DNA from: a virus
DNA: 64,000 nucleotides
Reading direction: 5' to 3' (one strand)
Virus record (IMG/VR): IMGVR_UViG_3300025889_000085
Span: 34,370 to 98,369 of that record
Below the pieces are notes generated by a model, which was not told where the DNA came from, made no database searches, and worked only from the letters and a program-made list of their open reading frames with translations. The position numbers and the translations under genes were made by a program. Positions 30,046 to 38,186 of the stretch are shown in pieces. Within the stretch, counting starts at the first letter, position 1, and each line of letters begins with the position of its first letter.

Positions 30046-30650
30046 TGGATCATAAAATGTTAGATAACGCAAAAGCAATGGTACAAGGACACGTTAAAAT
30101 TTGGGATCCATTAACCCAGGAAATTTTTATTGACAAACCAAATGCCATTCACTATGAAAATATGAGCGAAGCACTGGCAACCGCTGTGGCTAATAAAGGC
30201 ACACAATATATTCAAAATATGGTGTTTGGTAATGGAGCCACAGTAGTAGATACAACAGGTGTGATTACTTACTTGCCGCCCAATACATACGGTCAAGGTG
30301 CAACACTTTATAATGAAACTTACAGCAAAATTGTAGACAATACTAGCGCATTAAACTTAGATCCCAATAGGAATTATATTGAAATTAGACACACACCAGG
30401 TCTAATTTATACAGATATCTTTGTAAGTTGTTTGTTGGATTATGCTGAGCCTGCAGGACAACAAGCGTTTGATAATAGTGCCACTATGCAGGGAACATAT
30501 GTTTTTGATGAATTAGGTTTAGAAAGTGCAGATGGTAAACTATTAACTCACGTTATCTTCCACCCTGTTCAAAAAGCACTTAATAGGCTGATTCAAATTG
30601 ATTACACAGTTAGAATACAAACACTAACAAACCTAAGTTCTAACTTATAA
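30045..30650 (+). CDS. Virion structural protein (tail-fibre attachment/collar-like)
   Basis: MVFGNG, VFDELGL, LLTHVIFHPVQKALNRLIQIDYTVRI; between two fibre genes. Confidence 0.6.
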   Translation: MDHKMLDNAKAMVQGHVKIWDPLTQEIFIDKPNAIHYENMSEALATAVANKGTQYIQNMVFGNGATVVDTTGVITYLPPNTYGQGATLYNETYSKIVDNTSALNLDPNRNYIEIRHTPGLIYTDIFVSCLLDYAEPAGQQAFDNSATMQGTYVFDELGLESADGKLLTHVIFHPVQKALNRLIQIDYTVRIQTLTNLSSNL

Positions 30651-30655
30651 TAGGA

Positions 30656-30663
30656 AATAAATA
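30656..30663 (+). promoter_or_regulatory. Late promoter (AATAAATA)
   Basis: TAAATA core upstream of the second fibre gene. Confidence 0.55.
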
Positions 30664-30683
30664 TTAAGAACGGTACGTAAAAA

Positions 30684-32156
30684 ATGGCATATACAATTAG
30701 ATTAACAAACGGTTCTACTTTAACCACAATTGCTGATGGTACAGTTAATACTACCAGCAGCGATTTGACTTTGGTAGGAAAAAACTATGCAGGTTATGGA
30801 GCCTTTCTAAATGAAAACTATGTCCATTTACTAGAAAATTTTAGTAGAGGTACTGCCCCAACAACCCCACTAGCAGGACAAATATGGTGGGATACCGCCG
30901 GAAACCTTAAAGTATACACCGGAACTGCATGGAAAACTTTGAGCAGTATTACAAGCACCTCAGTAGAACCAACTTCTGCATCTACTGGCAACAGTTGGTG
31001 GGATACAACAAACGAACAATTATATATTTGGAATGGTACAAGTTGGACATTGGTCGGCCCTGCATTTAGTAGTAACACTGGTACCAGTGGTACAATTGTA
31101 GGTACAATTACAGATACTGGTAACGTCAATCACGTTGCTGTAAACGTTTACGTTGCTAGTGATTTAGTAACTATTATAAGCAAGGACTCGACTCCTTATA
31201 CTCCACAAACAACAATTACAGGTTTTACAACTATTAAACCTGGTTTTAACTTAGTATCTAATACAGTTATTCCAAATATTGCATACTATGGAACTGCAGA
31301 CAATGCAAATAATTTAGGATTTGTAGCAGCAAGCAACTATGCACGGACGGATATAGCAGAAACTTTTGACAGTACAGTTACTATTGCTGACAACAACGGT
31401 TTAACAGTCGGACAATTCAATAATTACACTGCCAGTGTTTCTAGTAATGTAGTTCAATTGACTAACAACATTAATAATGCTAACGTAGCAATACGTGCAA
31501 ATGTAGGAGGTTTATTAACTTCGGCAGTCCTTGTAGTTGGTGCATCGGGAAGAGTAGTTTTCAGTAATGCAATCTCGGTTACTGGAAACGCTACAGTAAG
31601 TAATTATTTGTTAGCAACTCAAGGCGAAAATGCTACCAGTAACGTTACAGGTGCTATCCGTGTAACAGGTGGTATTGGACTAACAGGAAACATTTATACT
31701 AGCGGCAATATTACCGCAGTTGGCAACGTAACTGGTAGTTACTTTGTTGGTACTGCAATTACTGCACAATACGCTGACTTGGCAGAACGTTTTGAAGCAG
31801 ACCGAGATTATCCTCCAGGAACGGTGGTAATGATTGGTGGCGAAAAAGAAATTACGCAATGTGATACTGTAAACTGCGAAAATGTATTAGGTGTTATTAG
31901 TACTGAACCTGCTTACTTGATGAATAGTTTAAATGGCACAGAACAGGTTAAAATTGCACCACCAGTTGCTATGGTAGGTCGTGTGCCTGTGCGTACAGTT
32001 GGCAGAGTGCAAAAAGGTGACCGTTTAGTAAGCGCAGGAAATGGCTGTGCTCGATCTGCAAATGCTGACCACGGTGCTGTTATCGGCAGAGCACTTGAAA
32101 ACAAAGATATGGATGACGAGGCATTGCTTGAAGCCATCGTCAAGGTAAATATATAA
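30684..32156 (+). CDS. Tail fibre protein with C-terminal chaperone-like domain
   Basis: LTLVGKNYAGYG..LNEN..HLLENF, GQIWWD and GNSWWD repeats; C-terminal YADLAERF...PVAMVGRVPVR..G.V.KGDRL. Confidence 0.75.
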   Translation: MAYTIRLTNGSTLTTIADGTVNTTSSDLTLVGKNYAGYGAFLNENYVHLLENFSRGTAPTTPLAGQIWWDTAGNLKVYTGTAWKTLSSITSTSVEPTSASTGNSWWDTTNEQLYIWNGTSWTLVGPAFSSNTGTSGTIVGTITDTGNVNHVAVNVYVASDLVTIISKDSTPYTPQTTITGFTTIKPGFNLVSNTVIPNIAYYGTADNANNLGFVAASNYARTDIAETFDSTVTIADNNGLTVGQFNNYTASVSSNVVQLTNNINNANVAIRANVGGLLTSAVLVVGASGRVVFSNAISVTGNATVSNYLLATQGENATSNVTGAIRVTGGIGLTGNIYTSGNITAVGNVTGSYFVGTAITAQYADLAERFEADRDYPPGTVVMIGGEKEITQCDTVNCENVLGVISTEPAYLMNSLNGTEQVKIAPPVAMVGRVPVRTVGRVQKGDRLVSAGNGCARSANADHGAVIGRALENKDMDDEALLEAIVKVNI

Positions 32157-32168
32157 AAGGATTAGAAC

Positions 32169-33110
32169 ATGACATACAGTTCAGGTGGTTTAGTTGAAGC
32201 AAGTGATTATAATGCATTTGCGGGCGGCGCAGCAGCCAATGTATCAGGTCAACTAAACACCTTATGGTCAACAGGTTATGGTAATGCAGGTTATGGTCAA
32301 ACTACAGTTGCAAACGTTACTGCCGTATCTGATCAAATTACAGCTGGCCAATGGACTACCTTAGTAGGTTCACTAAATGCAGTTCGCAAACATCAAAGCG
32401 GCGTCGGTTTTAGTAATCTTAGTACGTATATAACCGGCGAAGTAATTAATGCCACCAACGATGTAAGTACAAACTTAACCACCGCTTATACAAATAGATT
32501 AACAAGTGCTGCTGCAGGACCAACTCTTAACCAACCTGACCAAGCTGCAAGCATTAACACCAGTAGTACTAGTGCAGTCGATTTTAACTTTGGTAGAACT
32601 GCAACATTTGGCAGTTCGGATCAGGCCAGATACTTTTTTAATGCAGGCGGAACTATTGCAATCCAGGTTACCAGTACAACCAACACCGGTGGTACAACTC
32701 GTGGCGCTGCTCTATTAGACGTTATTGATAACTGCACAGGTAAAACTATGAGTGCAATTACATTTAATGCTATTACTACCCCTGCTCCGTTTACAGAAAA
32801 CACAGACTTGACTACTTATGGCTATTATGGCCAGACTTCGGCAAACTTAGAAGTGTATAAAAATACCGGCAGCGACAGTGGCAGTGCTTACAATGCACAG
32901 TTTGCCAGAGTGCTAACTAAGGTAACAGGAACTGCAGGCTCAAACGGCGGTGTAGGTGAAGTAATTACATTCAGCATCGAAAGTCAAAGTCCAGCACAAA
33001 GTCCAGCGTTCGACGACAATATCGACGTAACAGTTAACCATAGACTACAAGTTGTATATCCAAGTACAACATACCTAGCCAATACTTGGGGCAGTGTAAC
33101 ATTTGGTTAA
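32169..33110 (+). CDS. Virion structural protein (fibre-associated)
   Basis: T/S/A/G/N-rich, ARYFFNAGG motif; preceded by GGTAAATA; last gene of the late operon. Confidence 0.55.
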   Translation: MTYSSGGLVEASDYNAFAGGAAANVSGQLNTLWSTGYGNAGYGQTTVANVTAVSDQITAGQWTTLVGSLNAVRKHQSGVGFSNLSTYITGEVINATNDVSTNLTTAYTNRLTSAAAGPTLNQPDQAASINTSSTSAVDFNFGRTATFGSSDQARYFFNAGGTIAIQVTSTTNTGGTTRGAALLDVIDNCTGKTMSAITFNAITTPAPFTENTDLTTYGYYGQTSANLEVYKNTGSDSGSAYNAQFARVLTKVTGTAGSNGGVGEVITFSIESQSPAQSPAFDDNIDVTVNHRLQVVYPSTTYLANTWGSVTFG

Positions 33111-33125
33111 TTAGTTCAAATTAAT

Positions 33126-33154
33126 TTGACAGCCCAAGGTACAGAGTATATAAT
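33126..33154 (+). promoter_or_regulatory. Perfect-consensus sigma70 promoter heading the modification island
   Basis: TTGACA (33126-33131)-17 bp-TATAAT (33149-33154). Confidence 0.8.
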
Positions 33155-33176
33155 ACTGTACCTTTTATTATTTTTG
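33136..33176 (+). terminator. Hairpin with T-rich tail; possible intrinsic terminator of the structural operon, overlapping the promoter
   Basis: AAGGTACAG (33136-33144) / CTGTACCTT (33156-33164) perfect 9-bp inverted repeat followed by TTATTATTTTT. Confidence 0.5.
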
Positions 33177-33178
33177 CA

Positions 33179-33496
33179 ATGGAAAATTCTATTAACACGC
33201 TGGTAGATCAAGTTAGACAGTCTACTAACTATCAAATCAACAAAAAAATTCTTAGAGAAAAAATTAAAACGGATCTGTTACTGCCTTATAACAACGGCAT
33301 GTTTATAGTCACACAAGAACTGTTGGCATTTTTGGCTACCTGGCCCGATGACGTATTGTACCTCGAAGACACTTATCAAAATCCTGTAGAAGTCAATCGC
33401 AAAGAGTTACTAGAATCTGCTAGACAGCACTATCAAACTGTAATGAATACTTGGCATCAACAACATGCAGAACTCAAACAAGTCAGAAAAATCTAG
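33179..33496 (+). CDS. Hypothetical protein (possibly fibre-assembly/chaperone-like)
   Basis: 105-aa ORF, first gene after the promoter, overlaps the next gene. Confidence 0.5.
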   Translation: MENSINTLVDQVRQSTNYQINKKILREKIKTDLLLPYNNGMFIVTQELLAFLATWPDDVLYLEDTYQNPVEVNRKELLESARQHYQTVMNTWHQQHAELKQVRKI

Positions 33497-34286
33497 AGGC
33501 GTAGTTATTTTTGCATTCAATTCTGTCAGGGTTGATTATGTAAAAATTGCAGGACGTTCTGCCAGATTGATAAAACATTTCTTACAAATACCAGTTACTG
33601 TAATTACTGATAGTGACGTAGCAGACAATGTCTTTGATCGAGTTATTAAAATCGAAAACAAAGATTCTAACTTTAGATATACTAGCGATGGCAAAACTAC
33701 TGAATGGCGAAATTTTGGCAGGCACCTGGCCTATGAACTAACACCTTATGATGAAACTATTTTAATAGATGGAGATTATTTTATATTAGACAGTAATTTG
33801 AATAAATTCTGGTCTATAGACTTTGAATATAAAATAGTGACTACCAGCAACAGTCCTGACCAAACCATGAGCAATGCTATGGGACACAGGGGATTTAATC
33901 TGCTATGGGCAACGGTTGTCATGTTTCGTAAAACTAAATTTACTAAAACATTTTTCGATCTAATCGGCAGAGTGCAGAAAAACTATGCCTATTATTATAA
34001 ACTGTTTAATTTAACAGGTCCTTATAGAAATGATTTTGCTTTTGCAATAGCAGATTTAGTTATCAATGGTTATACAAAAGATCCTAGAAACTATTTTCAC
34101 AATGCTATGTTAACGATAGAGCAACCTATTCGAAATATTGAAGTAAGGAATAGTCTTTTGGTCGTCAGAGAATCGCAACGAGCACACGTTATTTCACAAC
34201 AAAATATTCACATCATGGACAAAGATTTTTTGATGAGCGACAATTGCCATAATTTTGTAGAAAGCATAGTCAGTGAGCCAGCATAA
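33465..34286 (+). CDS. Glycosyltransferase, GT-A fold (GT8-like)
   Basis: GVVIFA..., LTPYDETILIDGD (DxD), RNDFAF, HIMDK. Confidence 0.7.
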   Translation: MQNSNKSEKSRGVVIFAFNSVRVDYVKIAGRSARLIKHFLQIPVTVITDSDVADNVFDRVIKIENKDSNFRYTSDGKTTEWRNFGRHLAYELTPYDETILIDGDYFILDSNLNKFWSIDFEYKIVTTSNSPDQTMSNAMGHRGFNLLWATVVMFRKTKFTKTFFDLIGRVQKNYAYYYKLFNLTGPYRNDFAFAIADLVINGYTKDPRNYFHNAMLTIEQPIRNIEVRNSLLVVRESQRAHVISQQNIHIMDKDFLMSDNCHNFVESIVSEPA

Positions 34287-35130
34287 AGACAGTCAAGGTT
34301 TTGTAACCTTTGCACAAAATACTGACCAAGTTAACTATCTACAATTGGCTTATGTACAGTGCATGAGCATAAAACTTACGCAGAAAATTAACAAGTATGC
34401 GGTTATTGTTGACAAAAAAACAGAAAATCAAATTGAACGACATCATCGCGAAATGTTTGATTACATTATTGTTCTAGACAATGATACCACTACCGATGTT
34501 GCTAGATTTAACAACGAATGGCAGGTTTTTAACCTAACACCATTTAAGGAAACTGTAAAACTAGAAAGTGATTTGCTGTTTACAAGATCGATTGATCATT
34601 GGTGGAACACATTTAGGCTGCGGGATATAGTACTCAGCGTGAGCTGCAAAAATTATCAAGGCCTAAATTCTAATGTCAGGTTTTATAGAAAATTATTTGA
34701 CGACAACGGGTTGCCAGACGTCTACAATGGTCTGATGTATTTTAGATATACCAAAACTGCACATGATTTTTTTAACAGGGCTAAAGAAATTTTTCAAGAA
34801 TATACGGCTATTTCGGATCATGCTTTGGTTAATTGCAGAGAAGTACACCCCAGTACCGATGTTGTTTATGCTATTGCTGCTAGTATAATTGGAGAGGAAC
34901 ATTGTACATTACCAGCAGCAGACTTTATTAATTTTGTACATATGAAACCCCAAATTAATAACAACAGGCATGAGCGATGGCAAAAGGATTTCATAACAGA
35001 ATTAGACCAAGGCATGATAAGAGTAAATATGTATAACCAATATGATCCTTTTCACTATTATGATAAATCATATGTTACTGAGGAAATAATCAATGAGTAT
35101 AGAACAAGATGCGGCAAAATTTTGGGCTGA
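34273..35130 (+). CDS. Glycosyltransferase, GT-A fold (GT8-like), paralog of the preceding gene
   Basis: GFVTFAQN, LTPFKETVKLESD (ExD), YNGLMYF, FVHMKP. Confidence 0.65.
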   Translation: MSQHKDSQGFVTFAQNTDQVNYLQLAYVQCMSIKLTQKINKYAVIVDKKTENQIERHHREMFDYIIVLDNDTTTDVARFNNEWQVFNLTPFKETVKLESDLLFTRSIDHWWNTFRLRDIVLSVSCKNYQGLNSNVRFYRKLFDDNGLPDVYNGLMYFRYTKTAHDFFNRAKEIFQEYTAISDHALVNCREVHPSTDVVYAIAASIIGEEHCTLPAADFINFVHMKPQINNNRHERWQKDFITELDQGMIRVNMYNQYDPFHYYDKSYVTEEIINEYRTRCGKILG

Positions 35131-35485
35131 AGTAGAACAATTAGAAAAAAACAATCAAAGTACTGAGCCAGTATACGAATATAGAATTTACTATGAAGAA
35201 GATGGAACAGTTGTTTCTGGTCAACCTGTCAGGCTTGACCGAGCAGACGGGAATCCTTTACCAATTGGTCCTTATATAACAGTTTCCCTTGAAGAATATA
35301 GAAATCTAGGCAACAAAATAGTTAAAGATGGTGCGCTATATCAACCACCAAGAGCTAACCACGTTCAAGCACTTTTAGAAAAAGCAGACAGTGGTCAATA
35401 TGTAGTTAAAAACAATGCCGCACTAGCCATCAATGAAAATGAAACTTATCAAGACGTAGAACAGTATGGAAAAAAATCTGATTGA
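35093..35485 (+). CDS. Hypothetical protein
   Basis: 130-aa ORF overlapping the upstream GT; EYRIYYEEDG. Confidence 0.55.
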   Translation: MSIEQDAAKFWAEVEQLEKNNQSTEPVYEYRIYYEEDGTVVSGQPVRLDRADGNPLPIGPYITVSLEEYRNLGNKIVKDGALYQPPRANHVQALLEKADSGQYVVKNNAALAINENETYQDVEQYGKKSD

Positions 35486-35525
35486 TATTGCAGAAAAGTT
35501 ACTTAAATTTCAGGTTAACCTATAA

Positions 35526-36194
35526 ATGAAGATATGGGTTTTTGGTCATAGTTTTAGCTTACCTTACAAAGTGGAATTTGGATGGCCTGATCATTTAAAA
35601 AAGTATTTTAATTGTGAGGTTGTAAACTTAGCAAAGGCTGCTATTGACAATTTATATATCTATAATTCATATTTAGAAGTCCAAAAGCAGATAGCAAAAG
35701 ATGATGTAGTTATTATAGGATGGAGTCATCCCTCCCGTAAACTGTTTATTTTAGATAACAACAACATCCATCAGACTAGTATAATAGATAAAAGTTTTTA
35801 CTTCAAATCTAAAACAAAAGAATTTATACGCAGTACTGGTGGAAGTGCTGATAGTGCTGAAAAGTTTTCATTGATGAATCCTATAGACGGTACATTAAGT
35901 TATTATAATGATTGGTTTAATAAATATTTTTCTAAACCAGAACAATCATTGAATTTTCAAGCATATTATGATAGCGTTTTGCTTACTAACACAAGTAGAT
36001 ACATTCCGTTTTTCTTTAGTAAAAATAGTATAAGTGATATTGACATACGGAATTATACTGAATTGTGTATGTTAGACTATATTATAGATAACAAATTAGA
36101 ATTAAGTAAAACAGACGTTCATGCAAATGAACAAGGTCATTCCGAATGGGCCAATATATTAATAAAAATTATAGAAACAAATAATGTTAGTTGA
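35526..36194 (+). CDS. SGNH/GDSL-hydrolase-like protein (AT-rich insert)
   Basis: VFGHSFS (GDS-like block I), GWP, IIGWS, DVHANEQGH (block V). Confidence 0.6.
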   Translation: MKIWVFGHSFSLPYKVEFGWPDHLKKYFNCEVVNLAKAAIDNLYIYNSYLEVQKQIAKDDVVIIGWSHPSRKLFILDNNNIHQTSIIDKSFYFKSKTKEFIRSTGGSADSAEKFSLMNPIDGTLSYYNDWFNKYFSKPEQSLNFQAYYDSVLLTNTSRYIPFFFSKNSISDIDIRNYTELCMLDYIIDNKLELSKTDVHANEQGHSEWANILIKIIETNNVS

Positions 36195-37101
36195 TATCGC
36201 AGACTTAGACTGCATCTATTTAAGTTACGATGAACCCAAGAAAGAAGAGTTTTGGATTAAGATCCAAAACATGGTGCCTTGGGCAAAACGAGTGGACGGA
36301 GTACACGGTAGTGATGCAGCACACAAAGCCGCTGCTCGTGCAAGCGAAACAGAAAGGTTTGTGCTAATAGATGGAGATAACATCCCTGATCCAAATTTTT
36401 TTAATTTACAATTGCGATTAACAGAACGCAATCAGGATCATGTATTTCGTTGGAAAGCACGTAATGAAATAAATGGCTTACAGTATGGCAACGGGGGAAT
36501 TAGTTGTTGGACTAAGCAGTTTGTAGAGTTGATGCAAACACACGAACACAGTGATGGCAGTGATGATACTTGTGTAGAATTCTGTTTTGACCCTAAGTAT
36601 CAAGCAATGCACGACTGCTATAGCACAACCTACCCTAACGGTAGTCCCTATCAAGCATGGCGTGCAGGATTTAGAGAAGGCGTAAAAATGTGTTTAGACC
36701 GAGGCGCAAAACCTACACTGCAAGAATTTGAACAACGTGTGCATCAACGTAACTACGATCATCTTTGCATCTGGCAAACTGTAGGCAGAGATGTGGAAAA
36801 CGGTTGGTGGGCAATATATGGTGCAAGACTAGGCACATATCTTACAATGTGTAAAGAATGGGATTACAGACAAGTTCAAGATTTTAACTATTTGAAAAAG
36901 TTATGGGGAAGTTTTGGTAAAGACACAGATGATGCCAGCGTGAGACTGGCAGACATACTAAAACAAAAACTAGGCTTACCCATTGCAGAACTTGATGCAG
37001 ACCAAAGCCGTTTTTTTAAGCATCATTATCGACAGAGTCAACATAATTTAGGAACAACTGTAACTGAAATGGACATAATCCGTAAACAGGAAGGTTGGTA
37101 A
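36184..37101 (+). CDS. Glycosyltransferase-like protein (GT-A fold)
   Basis: IYLSYDEP, RVDGVHGSDAAHKAAA, FVLIDGDN (DxD), NGLQYGNGG, AWRAGFREG. Confidence 0.65.
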   Translation: MLVDIADLDCIYLSYDEPKKEEFWIKIQNMVPWAKRVDGVHGSDAAHKAAARASETERFVLIDGDNIPDPNFFNLQLRLTERNQDHVFRWKARNEINGLQYGNGGISCWTKQFVELMQTHEHSDGSDDTCVEFCFDPKYQAMHDCYSTTYPNGSPYQAWRAGFREGVKMCLDRGAKPTLQEFEQRVHQRNYDHLCIWQTVGRDVENGWWAIYGARLGTYLTMCKEWDYRQVQDFNYLKKLWGSFGKDTDDASVRLADILKQKLGLPIAELDADQSRFFKHHYRQSQHNLGTTVTEMDIIRKQEGW

Positions 37102-38186
37102 TGACTTGGCAATGTGGTGCTATTGATAGTGGTGTTACTATTTTTCCTGATGCAAAAATACGGCCTTGTTGTTTGGTTTCTGCTGATTATAGTAAGCCTA
37201 TTAGTGAAATAACTAACCCTAATAGATTCCAAGACATCAAAAATGAAGACAAGCCTGAAGCTTGTCGCGCTTGTTGGAGCAAAGAAATTAATGGCTGGGA
37301 AAGTATCAGACCGTATTACGATTCAGGCATAGGTGCTACTAAGCAAATTAAATTCTTAGATATCCGTAATACAAATCAATGTAACATAAAATGTAGGTAC
37401 TGTGGCCCTCATTTTAGTAACCAATGGGCTAAAGAATTATCAATATTTCCTGCAATCAAACAGACAGAAATAACTCATCTATTAGATACAATATTAACAG
37501 AAGATTTAATTGACTTGTATTTTACTGGTGGGGAACCATTTATATCTGCTGACCATTTTAATGTTATAACTAAATTAATCGACATGGGTTATAGTAAAAA
37601 CATTGTATTGCGTTATAATACAAATTTAACCGTGTTGGGATATAAAAATAATGACTTTTTTAAGTTATGGAAAAATTTTAAAAAAGTTCATATAACTGTT
37701 AGCATTGATGCAATTGGTACAGAACTCGAACATATTCGATCTGGTGCATCGTGGACTACTATAAACAATAATTTGGAAACAATACAAAATAAAAATTTAA
37801 AAAATTTAACTGTGACATTATCTCCTGTTGTGAGTTTATTAAATATTTGGTTTCTGCCAGACTTGCTTAAATTTACTATTGCAAAAAACCTTCAAGTTGA
37901 TTTAATACCGTTATACGGGCCGGATTATTTAGACATTTCTGCAATACCTAAAGATTTAAAACCGTTGGCTAAAGAAAAACTGAACAAAATAAAAGACCAT
38001 ATTAAAAATTCAAAATATAACGAATTAATTTACAAATTAGACAATGTTGATAATGAATTTTTATTCACTACAACACTAAGACATATTTTATTATTAGACA
38101 AGTTACGCAATGAAAATCTTTTTGATTTATTGCCTTTTAAACAATATGCAATCGATAATACACTAAGAAATAACGAATATGAATAA
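37095..38186 (+). CDS. Radical SAM protein with N-terminal Twitch/SPASM-like domain (AT-rich; start may be ATG 37101)
   Basis: CNIKCRYC, FTGGEP, YNTN, SIDA; N-terminal C...RPCC...CRAC. Confidence 0.88.
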   Translation: MVMTWQCGAIDSGVTIFPDAKIRPCCLVSADYSKPISEITNPNRFQDIKNEDKPEACRACWSKEINGWESIRPYYDSGIGATKQIKFLDIRNTNQCNIKCRYCGPHFSNQWAKELSIFPAIKQTEITHLLDTILTEDLIDLYFTGGEPFISADHFNVITKLIDMGYSKNIVLRYNTNLTVLGYKNNDFFKLWKNFKKVHITVSIDAIGTELEHIRSGASWTTINNNLETIQNKNLKNLTVTLSPVVSLLNIWFLPDLLKFTIAKNLQVDLIPLYGPDYLDISAIPKDLKPLAKEKLNKIKDHIKNSKYNELIYKLDNVDNEFLFTTTLRHILLLDKLRNENLFDLLPFKQYAIDNTLRNNEYE

